Source: a virus. From it: a stretch of 64,000 nucleotides of DNA. The notes under the pieces are model-generated. The model was not told the DNA's origin, ran no database searches, and saw only the letters and a program-made list of their open reading frames with translations. The stretch spans positions 10,209-74,208 of the IMG/VR virus record IMGVR_UViG_3300037258_000046. The stretch is one strand, 5' to 3'. This document shows, piece by piece, positions 54,550-63,121 of this stretch; position 1 is the first letter of the stretch, and each line of letters opens with the position of its first letter. The translations under genes and the position numbers were made by a program.

Positions 54550-56643
54550 TCAGGCGCCCGCGTCACCCTCGTCTGATCGAGCTGCCGCCACCAATTCTCC
54601 GAGGTTGTCCCGCGTCTCTCGCAGGAACTCCGCGCTGATGCGCTCGAAGGTCGGATCGCCGGGCCGCGGCCGCAAACCGCGATACTGCGCCCGAACTGCC
54701 GCCTCTTCGATCACTGCCGCGAACTGCTCCGGCGTCACGCCGTACGCCGTCCACACGTCCTCCGCCTCCTGCACGCTCTTCCCGGCCGCAGCCGACGTCT
54801 TGAAGCTCCCATACGGGTTCGTCGCCGGATGCCGCTTGCCGTCCTGCCCGAGCGCCCCGCCCGCCGCAGCAGGCGGCACCGACGCGCCACGCCCACGACC
54901 ACCCGCGGCGCCCGCCGGGCTGCCATCGGGATTCACGACCATGATCGGCGGCGTCTTCTCCGGCGGCTGATAGTTGCTCGGGAAGACCTCGTCGACGATG
55001 CGCTTCGGATCGTCGACGTCGAACCCCTGCTCCAGGATCAGCCCGAGCAGGAACCGCGACAGCGCCACGTTCTGATCAGCCGGGTCGAACGTCGCCGCGA
55101 TCGTCGAGATCGCCGCCACGAGATCCGGCAGCGCACGCTGCAACGGATTCGGCATCGCGAAGCTGTAGCTCAGATCGCGCTCCATCTGATCCGTCGCCGG
55201 GTCATACGCGTCGATCTTCTCGCCCGGCGTGACCTCACCCGTCACCGGATTCGGGTCCGACGGCGCCATCCGCTCGCGCTCGTCGTCCGTCGGGTCGCGC
55301 GTCGTCGACAGCCACCCCGCATCGACCGCCCGCTTGATCGCGAGATCCGCGAGCGTGCGGAACACGCCCTCCCAAACCTCCTGCTCCTCCTCCGTCATCT
55401 TGAGCACCGGCAGCTCGACGCTCGCCGACGTCGCGAGGTTCGACTGCGACTGATCGCCGAGATAGTGCATCGGGAACGTCCCGGCCGCGATCTGCATGCG
55501 CCCCTGCGTCGCGATCGCCGCCGAGTCCGCCGCATGCGGGTCGAGCGAGAACGGCGAATAGTTGACGCCCTGATTCTCGTAGAGGATCGACGGCCCGGCC
55601 GGAGGTGGCGTCGGCATGTACTGCGCGCCCGCGTACTCCTCGACCGCGAGCTGCGTCAACGGCGACGCCCGGCGCACCGACTGGTAGCTCGCGCGCTCCA
55701 TCGCCGCCCGGCCGCCACGCACGTCCGCCTTCATGTAGACCGACGCCGCCGCCTTCATCAGATCGACCGCCGAGCGCATCGTCTGCTCGTACGCGTTGAA
55801 CCACCGCAGCAGCCGCTTGAAGCGCGGCGTCCCGAAGATCGCCTCGGAGTCCTTGTTCACCGCGACGTGGTACAGCTTGCCCGGCATCAGCATGCTCGCG
55901 GGCGGCGCGCCGACACCCCCGTCCTCCAGGTCGCTCGGATCGACCGCGTCGTCGAGATCCTCAGCGAAAGCGTCCAGCGCCTCGTAGTAAATCGTCCGCG
56001 GCCGCGCCGCCGCATTCGCGACGTAGCAGCCCTTCGCCCAATCCCACGTGACCTGTCGCCGCGAGCCCTTGTAGTACAGGATGCGCTGCCGCTCGTCCGG
56101 ATGCCGGACGGCGTCGACGATCGTGTCATGCTCCGCCAGCGACATGCGCACCCGGCCGTCAGCGCCGTCGTCGAAGAACAGGAAATAGACGTTGGATTGC
56201 AGCGCTAGATCGACGCCCTTCTGCACGAGCGCGGCGTGCGACGTCAGGATCCGCCGGTTCTGCGGGTCGTTCCACGTCATGTCGATGATGTCCTGCACGT
56301 CGGGATCGAACGCCTGCGGCTTCGGCACGCCACGGCCGAACACGAACGCGTTCTTGAGATCGACGATCGCCCCCGCCTGCGGGTCCTCCGCCCACGCCAC
56401 CCGCGACTTCTGGACGATGTTCATGCGCGCGCGCGGCGTCAGCTCATGCGGCTGCTGCCCTGCATAGTTCATGTCGCTGTAGCCGAGCCGGTTCATCTCC
56501 CGGCGCAGCGTCCCGACGTCTTCTGCGGCCTCCTCCAGCCCGACGCGCAGCTCGCTCAGCACGCCCGAGCGCGTGACCTCAAGCCCCGTGTAGCGCTCGA
56601 CCGTCTCGAACGCCTTCCTGACCATCCCGCCCGAGCGCGCCAT
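54550..56643 (-). CDS. portal protein
   Basis: 697 aa; FVFGRG...W.DP.N...H..VN...G...P.HYLGD....NLAT..S.ELP. Confidence 0.8.
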   Translation of the reverse strand: MARSGGMVRKAFETVERYTGLEVTRSGVLSELRVGLEEAAEDVGTLRREMNRLGYSDMNYAGQQPHELTPRARMNIVQKSRVAWAEDPQAGAIVDLKNAFVFGRGVPKPQAFDPDVQDIIDMTWNDPQNRRILTSHAALVQKGVDLALQSNVYFLFFDDGADGRVRMSLAEHDTIVDAVRHPDERQRILYYKGSRRQVTWDWAKGCYVANAAARPRTIYYEALDAFAEDLDDAVDPSDLEDGGVGAPPASMLMPGKLYHVAVNKDSEAIFGTPRFKRLLRWFNAYEQTMRSAVDLMKAAASVYMKADVRGGRAAMERASYQSVRRASPLTQLAVEEYAGAQYMPTPPPAGPSILYENQGVNYSPFSLDPHAADSAAIATQGRMQIAAGTFPMHYLGDQSQSNLATSASVELPVLKMTEEEQEVWEGVFRTLADLAIKRAVDAGWLSTTRDPTDDERERMAPSDPNPVTGEVTPGEKIDAYDPATDQMERDLSYSFAMPNPLQRALPDLVAAISTIAATFDPADQNVALSRFLLGLILEQGFDVDDPKRIVDEVFPSNYQPPEKTPPIMVVNPDGSPAGAAGGRGRGASVPPAAAGGALGQDGKRHPATNPYGSFKTSAAAGKSVQEAEDVWTAYGVTPEQFAAVIEEAAVRAQYRGLRPRPGDPTFERISAEFLRETRDNLGELVAAARSDEGDAGA

Positions 56644-56912
56644 CAGACCTCGTCGCTCTCAGGCAACGGCCCGAGCAGCTCGCTACCGATCAGCTCGCGA
56701 ACCCACGCCGGACGCGGCATCTGCGAGATCGCCTCGATCGCGAGATCCCACGCAGGCGTGTCGCTCTCGGAGTGCACCTTCGACTTCTTGAGCTGCGCTT
56801 CGATGTAGTCGATCACGCGGGCGATCGCCGGGTCATGCTCGCTCGTCAGCTTGATAGCGCCGCGCTCACACAACGTCGCGCGCACCCGCTTCACCTGGAC
56901 CTCTAGCGCCAT
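56643..56912 (-). CDS. hypothetical protein
   Basis: TGATG-coupled to the portal. Confidence 0.6.
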   Translation of the reverse strand: MALEVQVKRVRATLCERGAIKLTSEHDPAIARVIDYIEAQLKKSKVHSESDTPAWDLAIEAISQMPRPAWVRELIGSELLGPLPESDEV

Positions 56913-57217
56913 CAGTCGCGATTACCGACGTCGCCGTAATTCGTGTCCGTCGCGCTGATCGTCTTCGCGCCCTTCGCAAGACGTCCCTGATTGGCCTGCC
57001 ACACCGGGCAGATCCGATAGCCGTCGGCGTTCATGCAATACGCCGCCAGCGTCGTCGGCTCGCGCAGGCCCGACACGAGCGCGTCGACGTGATCGCCGAT
57101 GAACGCGCCGTGCGTGTTCTCGCGCTCGATCACGCCACACACGCACGACGGGCCTTCTCCTGGAGGATCGACCGGCGTGCCCGCGGGACACGCCACCGTC
57201 AGCTCAGCCACGCCCAT
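56912..57217 (-). CDS. Cys-rich hypothetical protein, first gene of the portal operon
   Basis: Leaderless ATG 7 nt after TACGAT. Confidence 0.6.
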   Translation of the reverse strand: MGVAELTVACPAGTPVDPPGEGPSCVCGVIERENTHGAFIGDHVDALVSGLREPTTLAAYCMNADGYRICPVWQANQGRLAKGAKTISATDTNYGDVGNRD

Positions 57218-57235
57218 ACGGGCGATCGTACCCCG

Positions 57236-57613
57236 TTAGGCGGCCGGGAACTCCATGCCGTGCCGCTCCAGCACCACGCGAATGCGCTGAGCGATGCGCC
57301 TCGACTGCTCGCTGCTGTCCGCGCCGTGGAACAGCTCCCACAGCTCCATCAGCACGTCGCCCATGTCCCGAGCGGCCTCGGCGTACTCGCTGTCCGAAGG
57401 CGGCTCGGCCGCCGTGAGCTGCTCCTGCTGGAAGGCAAGCATCGACGCCTGCATCAGCTCCCGCGCCGCCGTCGCATACGCCTGCGCCTGCTCGCTGCGT
57501 TCCATCGCGGGCATCCCGGGCATCGGCGCGCCCGATGGCGGGTTGAGCGTCTCCGCCGCCTTGTCCGCGAACCCCACCGCCTGCTGCCTGAGCCCGTCGC
57601 TAATCCCGCCCAC
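57236..57613 (-). CDS. hypothetical protein
   Basis: GGAGG SD; helical. Confidence 0.55.
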   Translation of the reverse strand: MGGISDGLRQQAVGFADKAAETLNPPSGAPMPGMPAMERSEQAQAYATAARELMQASMLAFQQEQLTAAEPPSDSEYAEAARDMGDVLMELWELFHGADSSEQSRRIAQRIRVVLERHGMEFPAA

Positions 57614-58338
57614 GTCGCCTCCCCTGCCGTAGTTGAATCAGCAGCGCGATCGCTGCTGGAGCCGTGAAGCCCGCCCACACCGCGACCTCGCGCCACGACA
57701 CGATCGCGGCGATCAGACGGATCGCCCCCGTAGCGATGATTCGCGGGTCGCGCCAACGGGGAAGCACCGGGAGCATTGCTCCACGCCAGCGGGCCGCTCC
57801 CGGTGCCAATCCCCGAAGTAGCCGTGGACGCTGCGCGCGACGCCCGCGTAGCCATGTGTCGCGGCGCGATGCAGTCTCGCGTTCGTCACGACATAGCCCG
57901 GTTCATCGCTGCGGAGCGCCACGCTTCGGCGGCGGCTCTCAGACACGATTCGCCACCTTCGACGGATGAGCGAGCCATGCGCCACAGAGGTTGCACCACG
58001 CCTTCACGACATCAAGACGACCGCCGTCTTTGCCACCCCGATAGGCCAGCTCTGTGGCGTGGTTGTAGCGTGATGCGTGATCGCAACGCGGCCTTCCCCG
58101 ACGCTTCCACTCCCGCCGGCACGCCTTGCGGTCCATCCAGATCGTCTCAACAAAGTAGTCGCCGATGCTTATGCTCTGGCGGCGGTTCTCAGCGGGCACG
58201 GTTAGCCTCCTTGGCTTCCATCTCGCGGCCGATCCGCACGCAGTCGTCGCAAAGCACGATGTCGTCGAGCGCAGTCACAAACTCCTCGTAGGACTCAAAG
58301 ACGTGGTTCATCGCGACTCCTCGAATCGGCGGCGCTGC

Positions 58339-58740
58339 TCAGACATCATCGCCGCCCATTTCCTTGAGCCCTTGCGCGACGTGAAGCGCCAGCGTCCAGT
58401 AGTCGTCTACCTGCCCGGAGGTGGGCGGCTCATCGCTGTAGACCTTGATGGACTCCAGCGTGTCGCAGCCCGAGCACGAGCCATAGCCAACCTTGACGAA
58501 CCAGTAGTCACTCGGCTGGTAGCCGGTCCCACCGATCACGAAGACGAGCGTGCCCTGATAGTCACCGTCGTCGATCTGGTGGACACGTTCGGGATCGGGT
58601 CGCTCATAATCCTCAGAGTCCGCGACGTGCTCGACGACGAGCCGAACGATGTCCTTGTACTCGTCGGGATGCTTGACCGCGAGCTTCTCGCGGATGGCCT
58701 GCTCGCTGGCCATGAAACGGTCTACAAACGGCCGAATCAT
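58339..58740 (-). CDS. hypothetical phage protein
   Basis: IDDGDYQG...YGSCSGCD motif; SD present. Confidence 0.7.
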   Translation of the reverse strand: MIRPFVDRFMASEQAIREKLAVKHPDEYKDIVRLVVEHVADSEDYERPDPERVHQIDDGDYQGTLVFVIGGTGYQPSDYWFVKVGYGSCSGCDTLESIKVYSDEPPTSGQVDDYWTLALHVAQGLKEMGGDDV

Positions 58741-59029
58741 CGCGTCTCCCTTCGTCTTACGAATCGGCGGCCGCTCATTGCGGATCCCCGATGCTCATAG
58801 GCCACGGCCGATGCGCGACGTTCGCCGGATGCCGTGCAGCGCAGAAATCGCACCACGGCTCACCCGTCGCGTTCTCGCCCTCGATTGGCCGAGCCCGGGC
58901 CTCGCGACGTCGATCCGCCTCACGGCGTCGAGCGCGCTCAGCCTCGATCAGCGCGAATCTAGTAGCGAGCTGCGCTGTGCGAAAGATCCCCATTACGCTC
59001 TCCTTCTCCGTGGCGCAGGATGCCCTCCA

Positions 59030-59536
59030 TCACGTCCCCGGGAAGTGCCTCGGGTGGAAGCCCGCGAAGCTCGGCGCCGTGAACCACTCAACCCACTCGC
59101 CCGTGTGCGGCGCCTGCGCGTAACGCTGCGTCACCGGCCACTCCGGCATGCCGTGAAAGTCGAAGAAACAATGCTGCTGCACGCCCGGATCGTTGCGAAC
59201 CCAAACCGTGATGTGCTCGCCCTCGCCCGCGTCGCCCCAATCGACCAGCTCCTCCGTGTCCAGCGGCCACGGCGCGGGCTTCTCGACGCCGAGCACGCCG
59301 CCCGCGTGGCTGCCCGCCGACACGAGCCCCGAGCAGTCGTAGCCGATCAAGCCCTTCGGGTTGTAGAGCGGGATGCCCTTCGTCGGCTCGAACCCCGGAC
59401 CATGCCCACCGCCATACACATACGGCGTCAGCCGGTAGATCGGCGGCGTGCCCGACCTGACCGGCCCGATGATCTCCGCGACGCGGCTGTAGACGAGATG
59501 CAGCCTGCGCTTCGGAACCACGATCGACTTCGCCAT
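59030..59536 (-). CDS. NlpC/P60-like cell-wall peptidase
   Basis: PYVYGGGHG...GYDCSGLVS...H. Confidence 0.85.
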   Translation of the reverse strand: MAKSIVVPKRRLHLVYSRVAEIIGPVRSGTPPIYRLTPYVYGGGHGPGFEPTKGIPLYNPKGLIGYDCSGLVSAGSHAGGVLGVEKPAPWPLDTEELVDWGDAGEGEHITVWVRNDPGVQQHCFFDFHGMPEWPVTQRYAQAPHTGEWVEWFTAPSFAGFHPRHFPGT

Positions 59537-60126
59537 CAGAGCCTCCATTGCCCGAAGCTGCCAGCGACAGCCACGTCGGTATCGAACACGCGACCGTAGC
59601 CGACCTGCCGCAGACGCGCATCCGCATGCCAGCGGCCCTCCGACCACGCCTCCGTCTGATAGCCCCACCCGACGGCCTCGTGATCGAACAGCACCGCCAT
59701 CGTGTCGAACCCGCCATACGCGCCGTTCAGACGCGGCGGCGAATGCGCCTCCAGCCCATCGAAGTACGGCAGGATGATCGACGGCGCCGGAGACGTGTCG
59801 AAGTCGACCGCGAAGTAGATCGGCGCGTCGTCGGGCTGTCCCGCCTCCCCCGCGAGCCGCCGCGCGATCTCCGCGTCCTGAGCGCCCGCTGCCTCGCCGT
59901 CGCGTGCGCGCGTCCCTGAGCCCTCGTAGACGCTCACGATCGACAGCCCCGCCTCGCTGTAGGCGTGCGCGCGAGCGCGCGTCAGGCACTTGCCCGGCAC
60001 CTCCGCAAGGTAGGCGATCACGAAGTCCGCGCCCGCCTCCTTGGCCTCCGCGACCGTCACGACGTAGGCGTCGATGCCGCGCGCCTGCTGCGACATGCGC
60101 GGGTCGATCTTGTGGACGCCGATCAC
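59536..60126 (-). CDS. DUF1906 (Rv2525c/GH25-like) glycoside hydrolase
   Basis: FV.AYL...K.LT...AGLSIVSVYE...PIYFAVDFD...GAYG...QT.AWS. Confidence 0.85.
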   Translation of the reverse strand: MIGVHKIDPRMSQQARGIDAYVVTVAEAKEAGADFVIAYLAEVPGKCLTRARAHAYSEAGLSIVSVYEGSGTRARDGEAAGAQDAEIARRLAGEAGQPDDAPIYFAVDFDTSPAPSIILPYFDGLEAHSPPRLNGAYGGFDTMAVLFDHEAVGWGYQTEAWSEGRWHADARLRQVGYGRVFDTDVAVAGSFGQWRL

Positions 60127-60836
60127 TTGTTCACGCCCCTCTCGCGCCAGTCGCCGACGATCGCGAGCGCGTTGTTCGCGTACGCGTCGGCCGCGGCGCC
60201 CGAGCCGTTGTAGTGGTAGAACGCTGCCCACAGCGACCCCGTCTCGTGGATCAGCTCCAGAAAGAACTCGTCGCCCTCCGCGCAGTTGTGCTCGGGGATC
60301 CATGCGCCGCCGCGCCTATTCGCCGCCGCGATCAGGCTGGCGCTCGTGAGCTGCTTCGCGCCGACACCGTTGCTCACGGCGCCCTTCTCGACCTCGCTCC
60401 AGAACCACTTGAAGTTCCCGGGCGTGACCGGCCGCTCCCACAGCGTCCCGAACGGGCCGCGGTTCATCCAGCTCGACGCCGGATCGGCGCCGTAGATGTT
60501 GCGGCCACCCGATTCGAGCTGCGTCGTCGTGCACGCCACGGCCGTCTCCAGCCCGACGTAGTCAGCGGCGAACACCTCCGGCACGCCGTCGAGCAGGTAG
60601 CGCGAAACGGTCGTCGCGCGGACGATCTGATGCGGCGTCAGCTTGAGCTTCACGGTCGCGCCGTGGCGCAGCTCCGGCATCTCGTAGTCCTGCTCCGTCA
60701 GCGTCGGCTGCTCGCGCTCGGCGATCCGCGCGATGACCTTCTCGCGCAGCTCCGTGCGCTCCTCGTCGCTCGGCAGATCCTCCTGACTCTCATACTCCGG
60801 GTACTCCAGCGGCAGCAACTCCACTTCGTCAGGCAT
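60123..60836 (-). CDS. lysozyme-like/lytic transglycosylase endolysin
   Basis: ESGG.NIYG.D...GVG..QLT...YNGSG..A..YA. Confidence 0.75.
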   Translation of the reverse strand: MPDEVELLPLEYPEYESQEDLPSDEERTELREKVIARIAEREQPTLTEQDYEMPELRHGATVKLKLTPHQIVRATTVSRYLLDGVPEVFAADYVGLETAVACTTTQLESGGRNIYGADPASSWMNRGPFGTLWERPVTPGNFKWFWSEVEKGAVSNGVGAKQLTSASLIAAANRRGGAWIPEHNCAEGDEFFLELIHETGSLWAAFYHYNGSGAAADAYANNALAIVGDWRERGVNK

Positions 60837-61179
60837 GTCCAGCTCCTCGCTCGGGTTGCGGTTGGTCCTCAAGATAGCGGCGGCCCGCATCGGTCAGCGC
60901 GTACGCCGCCCCGCTGCGCCCATCCCGACGGCCCACATGGGCGATCAGCCCGCGGCCGCGACTCAGCGACGTGAGCACCGGGATGATCTGCTGCGCCAGC
61001 CCGAACGTGCGCGACCCTCTCCCGCGACCGCCCTGCCCGCGACCGCCTTGGATTATGCGCGCGCCGATCGCGTGCCCGATCTCGTTCGGCGTCATCGGGT
61101 AGCTGCTCGTGCGGCGCGCGCGGTCGAGCCCCTTGAGCACCTTGAGCTGTAGATCGGTCAGCGGCCGATCACTCGTCAT
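60829..61179 (-). CDS. winged-helix DNA-binding protein
   Basis: LT.LQL.VL..L...TP.EIG...L.SL...GLI...YALTDAGR. Confidence 0.6.
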   Translation of the reverse strand: MTSDRPLTDLQLKVLKGLDRARRTSSYPMTPNEIGHAIGARIIQGGRGQGGRGRGSRTFGLAQQIIPVLTSLSRGRGLIAHVGRRDGRSGAAYALTDAGRRYLEDQPQPERGAGHA

Positions 61180-61474
61180 AGCCGCTCGCGTTCCGGTACG
61201 CGTCGAGCGCGAGCCCGTCGGCCTGATCGCCGAGCCGCATGTGCTCCATCGCGTGCGCGACCGACGCCGCGGTGCTGTCGCCGAGATAGTCGCTTGACTG
61301 CGGGAACGGCGGAGGGTTCGGCAGCCACGCCCGCTCGACGTCTTCGAGGATCCGCCAGCGACCGTGACGGTCGTAGTACTCCACGCCATCCTTCGAGATC
61401 CGCAGCATCACGTGCGCCGTCGCCGTGCCATCCGGCTCGGCGTGCATCAGCGTGACCGCCTGCACCGTGCTCAC
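61169..61474 (-). CDS. hypothetical protein
   Basis: GTGA-coupled start. Confidence 0.5.
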   Translation of the reverse strand: MSTVQAVTLMHAEPDGTATAHVMLRISKDGVEYYDRHGRWRILEDVERAWLPNPPPFPQSSDYLGDSTAASVAHAMEHMRLGDQADGLALDAYRNASGYDE

Positions 61475-62139
61475 GACTCCGCCCCCGTCTCCGGCAGCTC
61501 GACGCTTCCGCCGAAGTTCCACGCCAGCCGCACCTCGTCAGCGACATTTAGCCCCGACTGAATCACGAGCGCCTCGCCATCCGCGAATCGCAGCACAAGG
61601 CGCGGCATGACGAAATCCCCCAGCCGGAAGGTGTTGCGCTCAATCGAGACGCCGCGCTTCGCGAGCTGCTGATCGAACCACTCCGGCGAGAACTCCTCCT
61701 CCTCCTCGGGCGACTCGACGACGCCATCGGCGCTCGTGCCCGCGAAGTGCCGCGCATCGAATCTCGGCGCGCCCTCGCGGAAGACTCGCTCGGCGATCAC
61801 CGCGCGCACCTTCCACGCGTCGCGATCAGAGATCAACTGCCGCACCTGCTCGGCCCCGGCCTGCCGCGTCTGCTCCCACGTCGCGCGCTCACGCTCAAGC
61901 GTCGCCCGCAGCCCGACAAGCTCGTCGTGCTGCTCCGTCAGCGTCGACTGCTCGCGCTCGGCGAGCAAAAACACTTCGAGCCCCGCCGGAGAAACTTCGA
62001 GCACCTCGACCGCGTACTCAAGCGCCGCGTCCTGCGTCTCGAAACCGTCGATCGGCTGCCGCAGCAGCGATCCCCTATGTCCCGTCAGTCGCGGCTGCCT
62101 CGCCACGTACCAGCGGCCCGGAGTGAACAGCATCGCCAT
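61471..62139 (-). CDS. coiled-coil hypothetical protein
   Basis: AGGAGG SD and conserved leader at 62156-62176. Confidence 0.65.
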   Translation of the reverse strand: MAMLFTPGRWYVARQPRLTGHRGSLLRQPIDGFETQDAALEYAVEVLEVSPAGLEVFLLAEREQSTLTEQHDELVGLRATLERERATWEQTRQAGAEQVRQLISDRDAWKVRAVIAERVFREGAPRFDARHFAGTSADGVVESPEEEEEFSPEWFDQQLAKRGVSIERNTFRLGDFVMPRLVLRFADGEALVIQSGLNVADEVRLAWNFGGSVELPETGAES

Positions 62140-62176
62140 CGTCGCCTCCTGTAGTCGGGTTGCGCGACAGAATGTA

Positions 62177-62704
62177 TCAGAGCGCTAGGAGATCAGCGAG
62201 CGTCGCCGTCTTCGGCGAGATCGGCACGCTGCACACCCTCAGACACGCCGCCACGACCTCCGCCGGAGCGAACCCGTCCGTGCCGCGACCCGCCGCCATG
62301 CGCGCGCACACGCGCAGCATCTCCAGCTCCTCCAGCGGCCTCACGAGCGTCTCCGCGTGCTCCGCCGCCATCCTGCGGTGCTGCACGTTGTCGAGCACCG
62401 TCACGACCATGCGCCTGCACTCGTGGAACTCGCCGACGTGCCCGACCTTCACGCCCTCGCGCGTCGCGTGCACGAGCTGCCCGCGCGTCCCGGTGAAGAC
62501 CGCCGCGTGGTTCCACTCCAGCCCGCGAGCACCGAACAGCCAATTGCCGAACACCGCGCTGTCGGCGAAGAGATCCCGCGGCCGCTTCACGAGCACGAAG
62601 TCGCCCGGCCGCGTCTCGAACAGCGGCTCGCCCGGTTCGAGCGTGACGCGGTGCGCGCCGACTGAGTGTGTGCGGTCACCCAGCCGACGCATCACCGTCA
62701 CCAT
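62177..62704 (-). CDS. permuted papain-like (YaeF/YiiX-type) protein, possibly inactive
   Basis: PGDFVL...WNHAAVF.G...VHA...GV; the expected CSELV reads PAEVV. Confidence 0.55.
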   Translation of the reverse strand: MVTVMRRLGDRTHSVGAHRVTLEPGEPLFETRPGDFVLVKRPRDLFADSAVFGNWLFGARGLEWNHAAVFTGTRGQLVHATREGVKVGHVGEFHECRRMVVTVLDNVQHRRMAAEHAETLVRPLEELEMLRVCARMAAGRGTDGFAPAEVVAACLRVCSVPISPKTATLADLLAL

Positions 62705-62752
62705 CGGAGAATTGTCGAGCGCAGCCCGCCGACACCGGGAGCCTACCTAACC

Positions 62753-63121
62753 CTAAAAGCCGAGAACGTCGAACTCGCGCGGCAGCGTCGCCACGAGCGG
62801 CTGCGCATCGTCGTCGATGCCGCGGCCCGAGTAGCGATACGTCGTCTTCGCGACCATGCTCACCACCGGGAGGTCAGTGAAATACTCGCCCGGCGCCGCG
62901 CGCGTGATGTCACCGCCAGTCAGCGTCGACGGCTCACCCCACTGCCCCGCGACCGTCGCCGTCTTGAAGTCGAAGAACGCGATCGCCGCGTCCACGCCGA
63001 CGCCCTCCGGCAAGCCCTGCCCCGCAAGGAACGCCCCATCCTCCGTCGGCGTCAGCTTGCGGGAGGTGAACCCAAAGCGGCACCGGACGCGGTTACCCGA
63101 CTGGTACGGGCCGCCACTCAC
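62753..63121 (-). CDS. small beta-sandwich virion-like protein
   Basis: Coupled to the repeat protein; G.Y..D....Y.Y.G.G pattern. Confidence 0.5.
   Translation of the reverse strand: MSGGPYQSGNRVRCRFGFTSRKLTPTEDGAFLAGQGLPEGVGVDAAIAFFDFKTATVAGQWGEPSTLTGGDITRAAPGEYFTDLPVVSMVAKTTYRYSGRGIDDDAQPLVATLPREFDVLGF

Noticed and set aside
741-62176. Dispersed repeats as a CRISPR array or integron attC sites
   Set aside because: Not regularly spaced, always tied to a -10 and SD, and no cas1/cas2 or integrase is present
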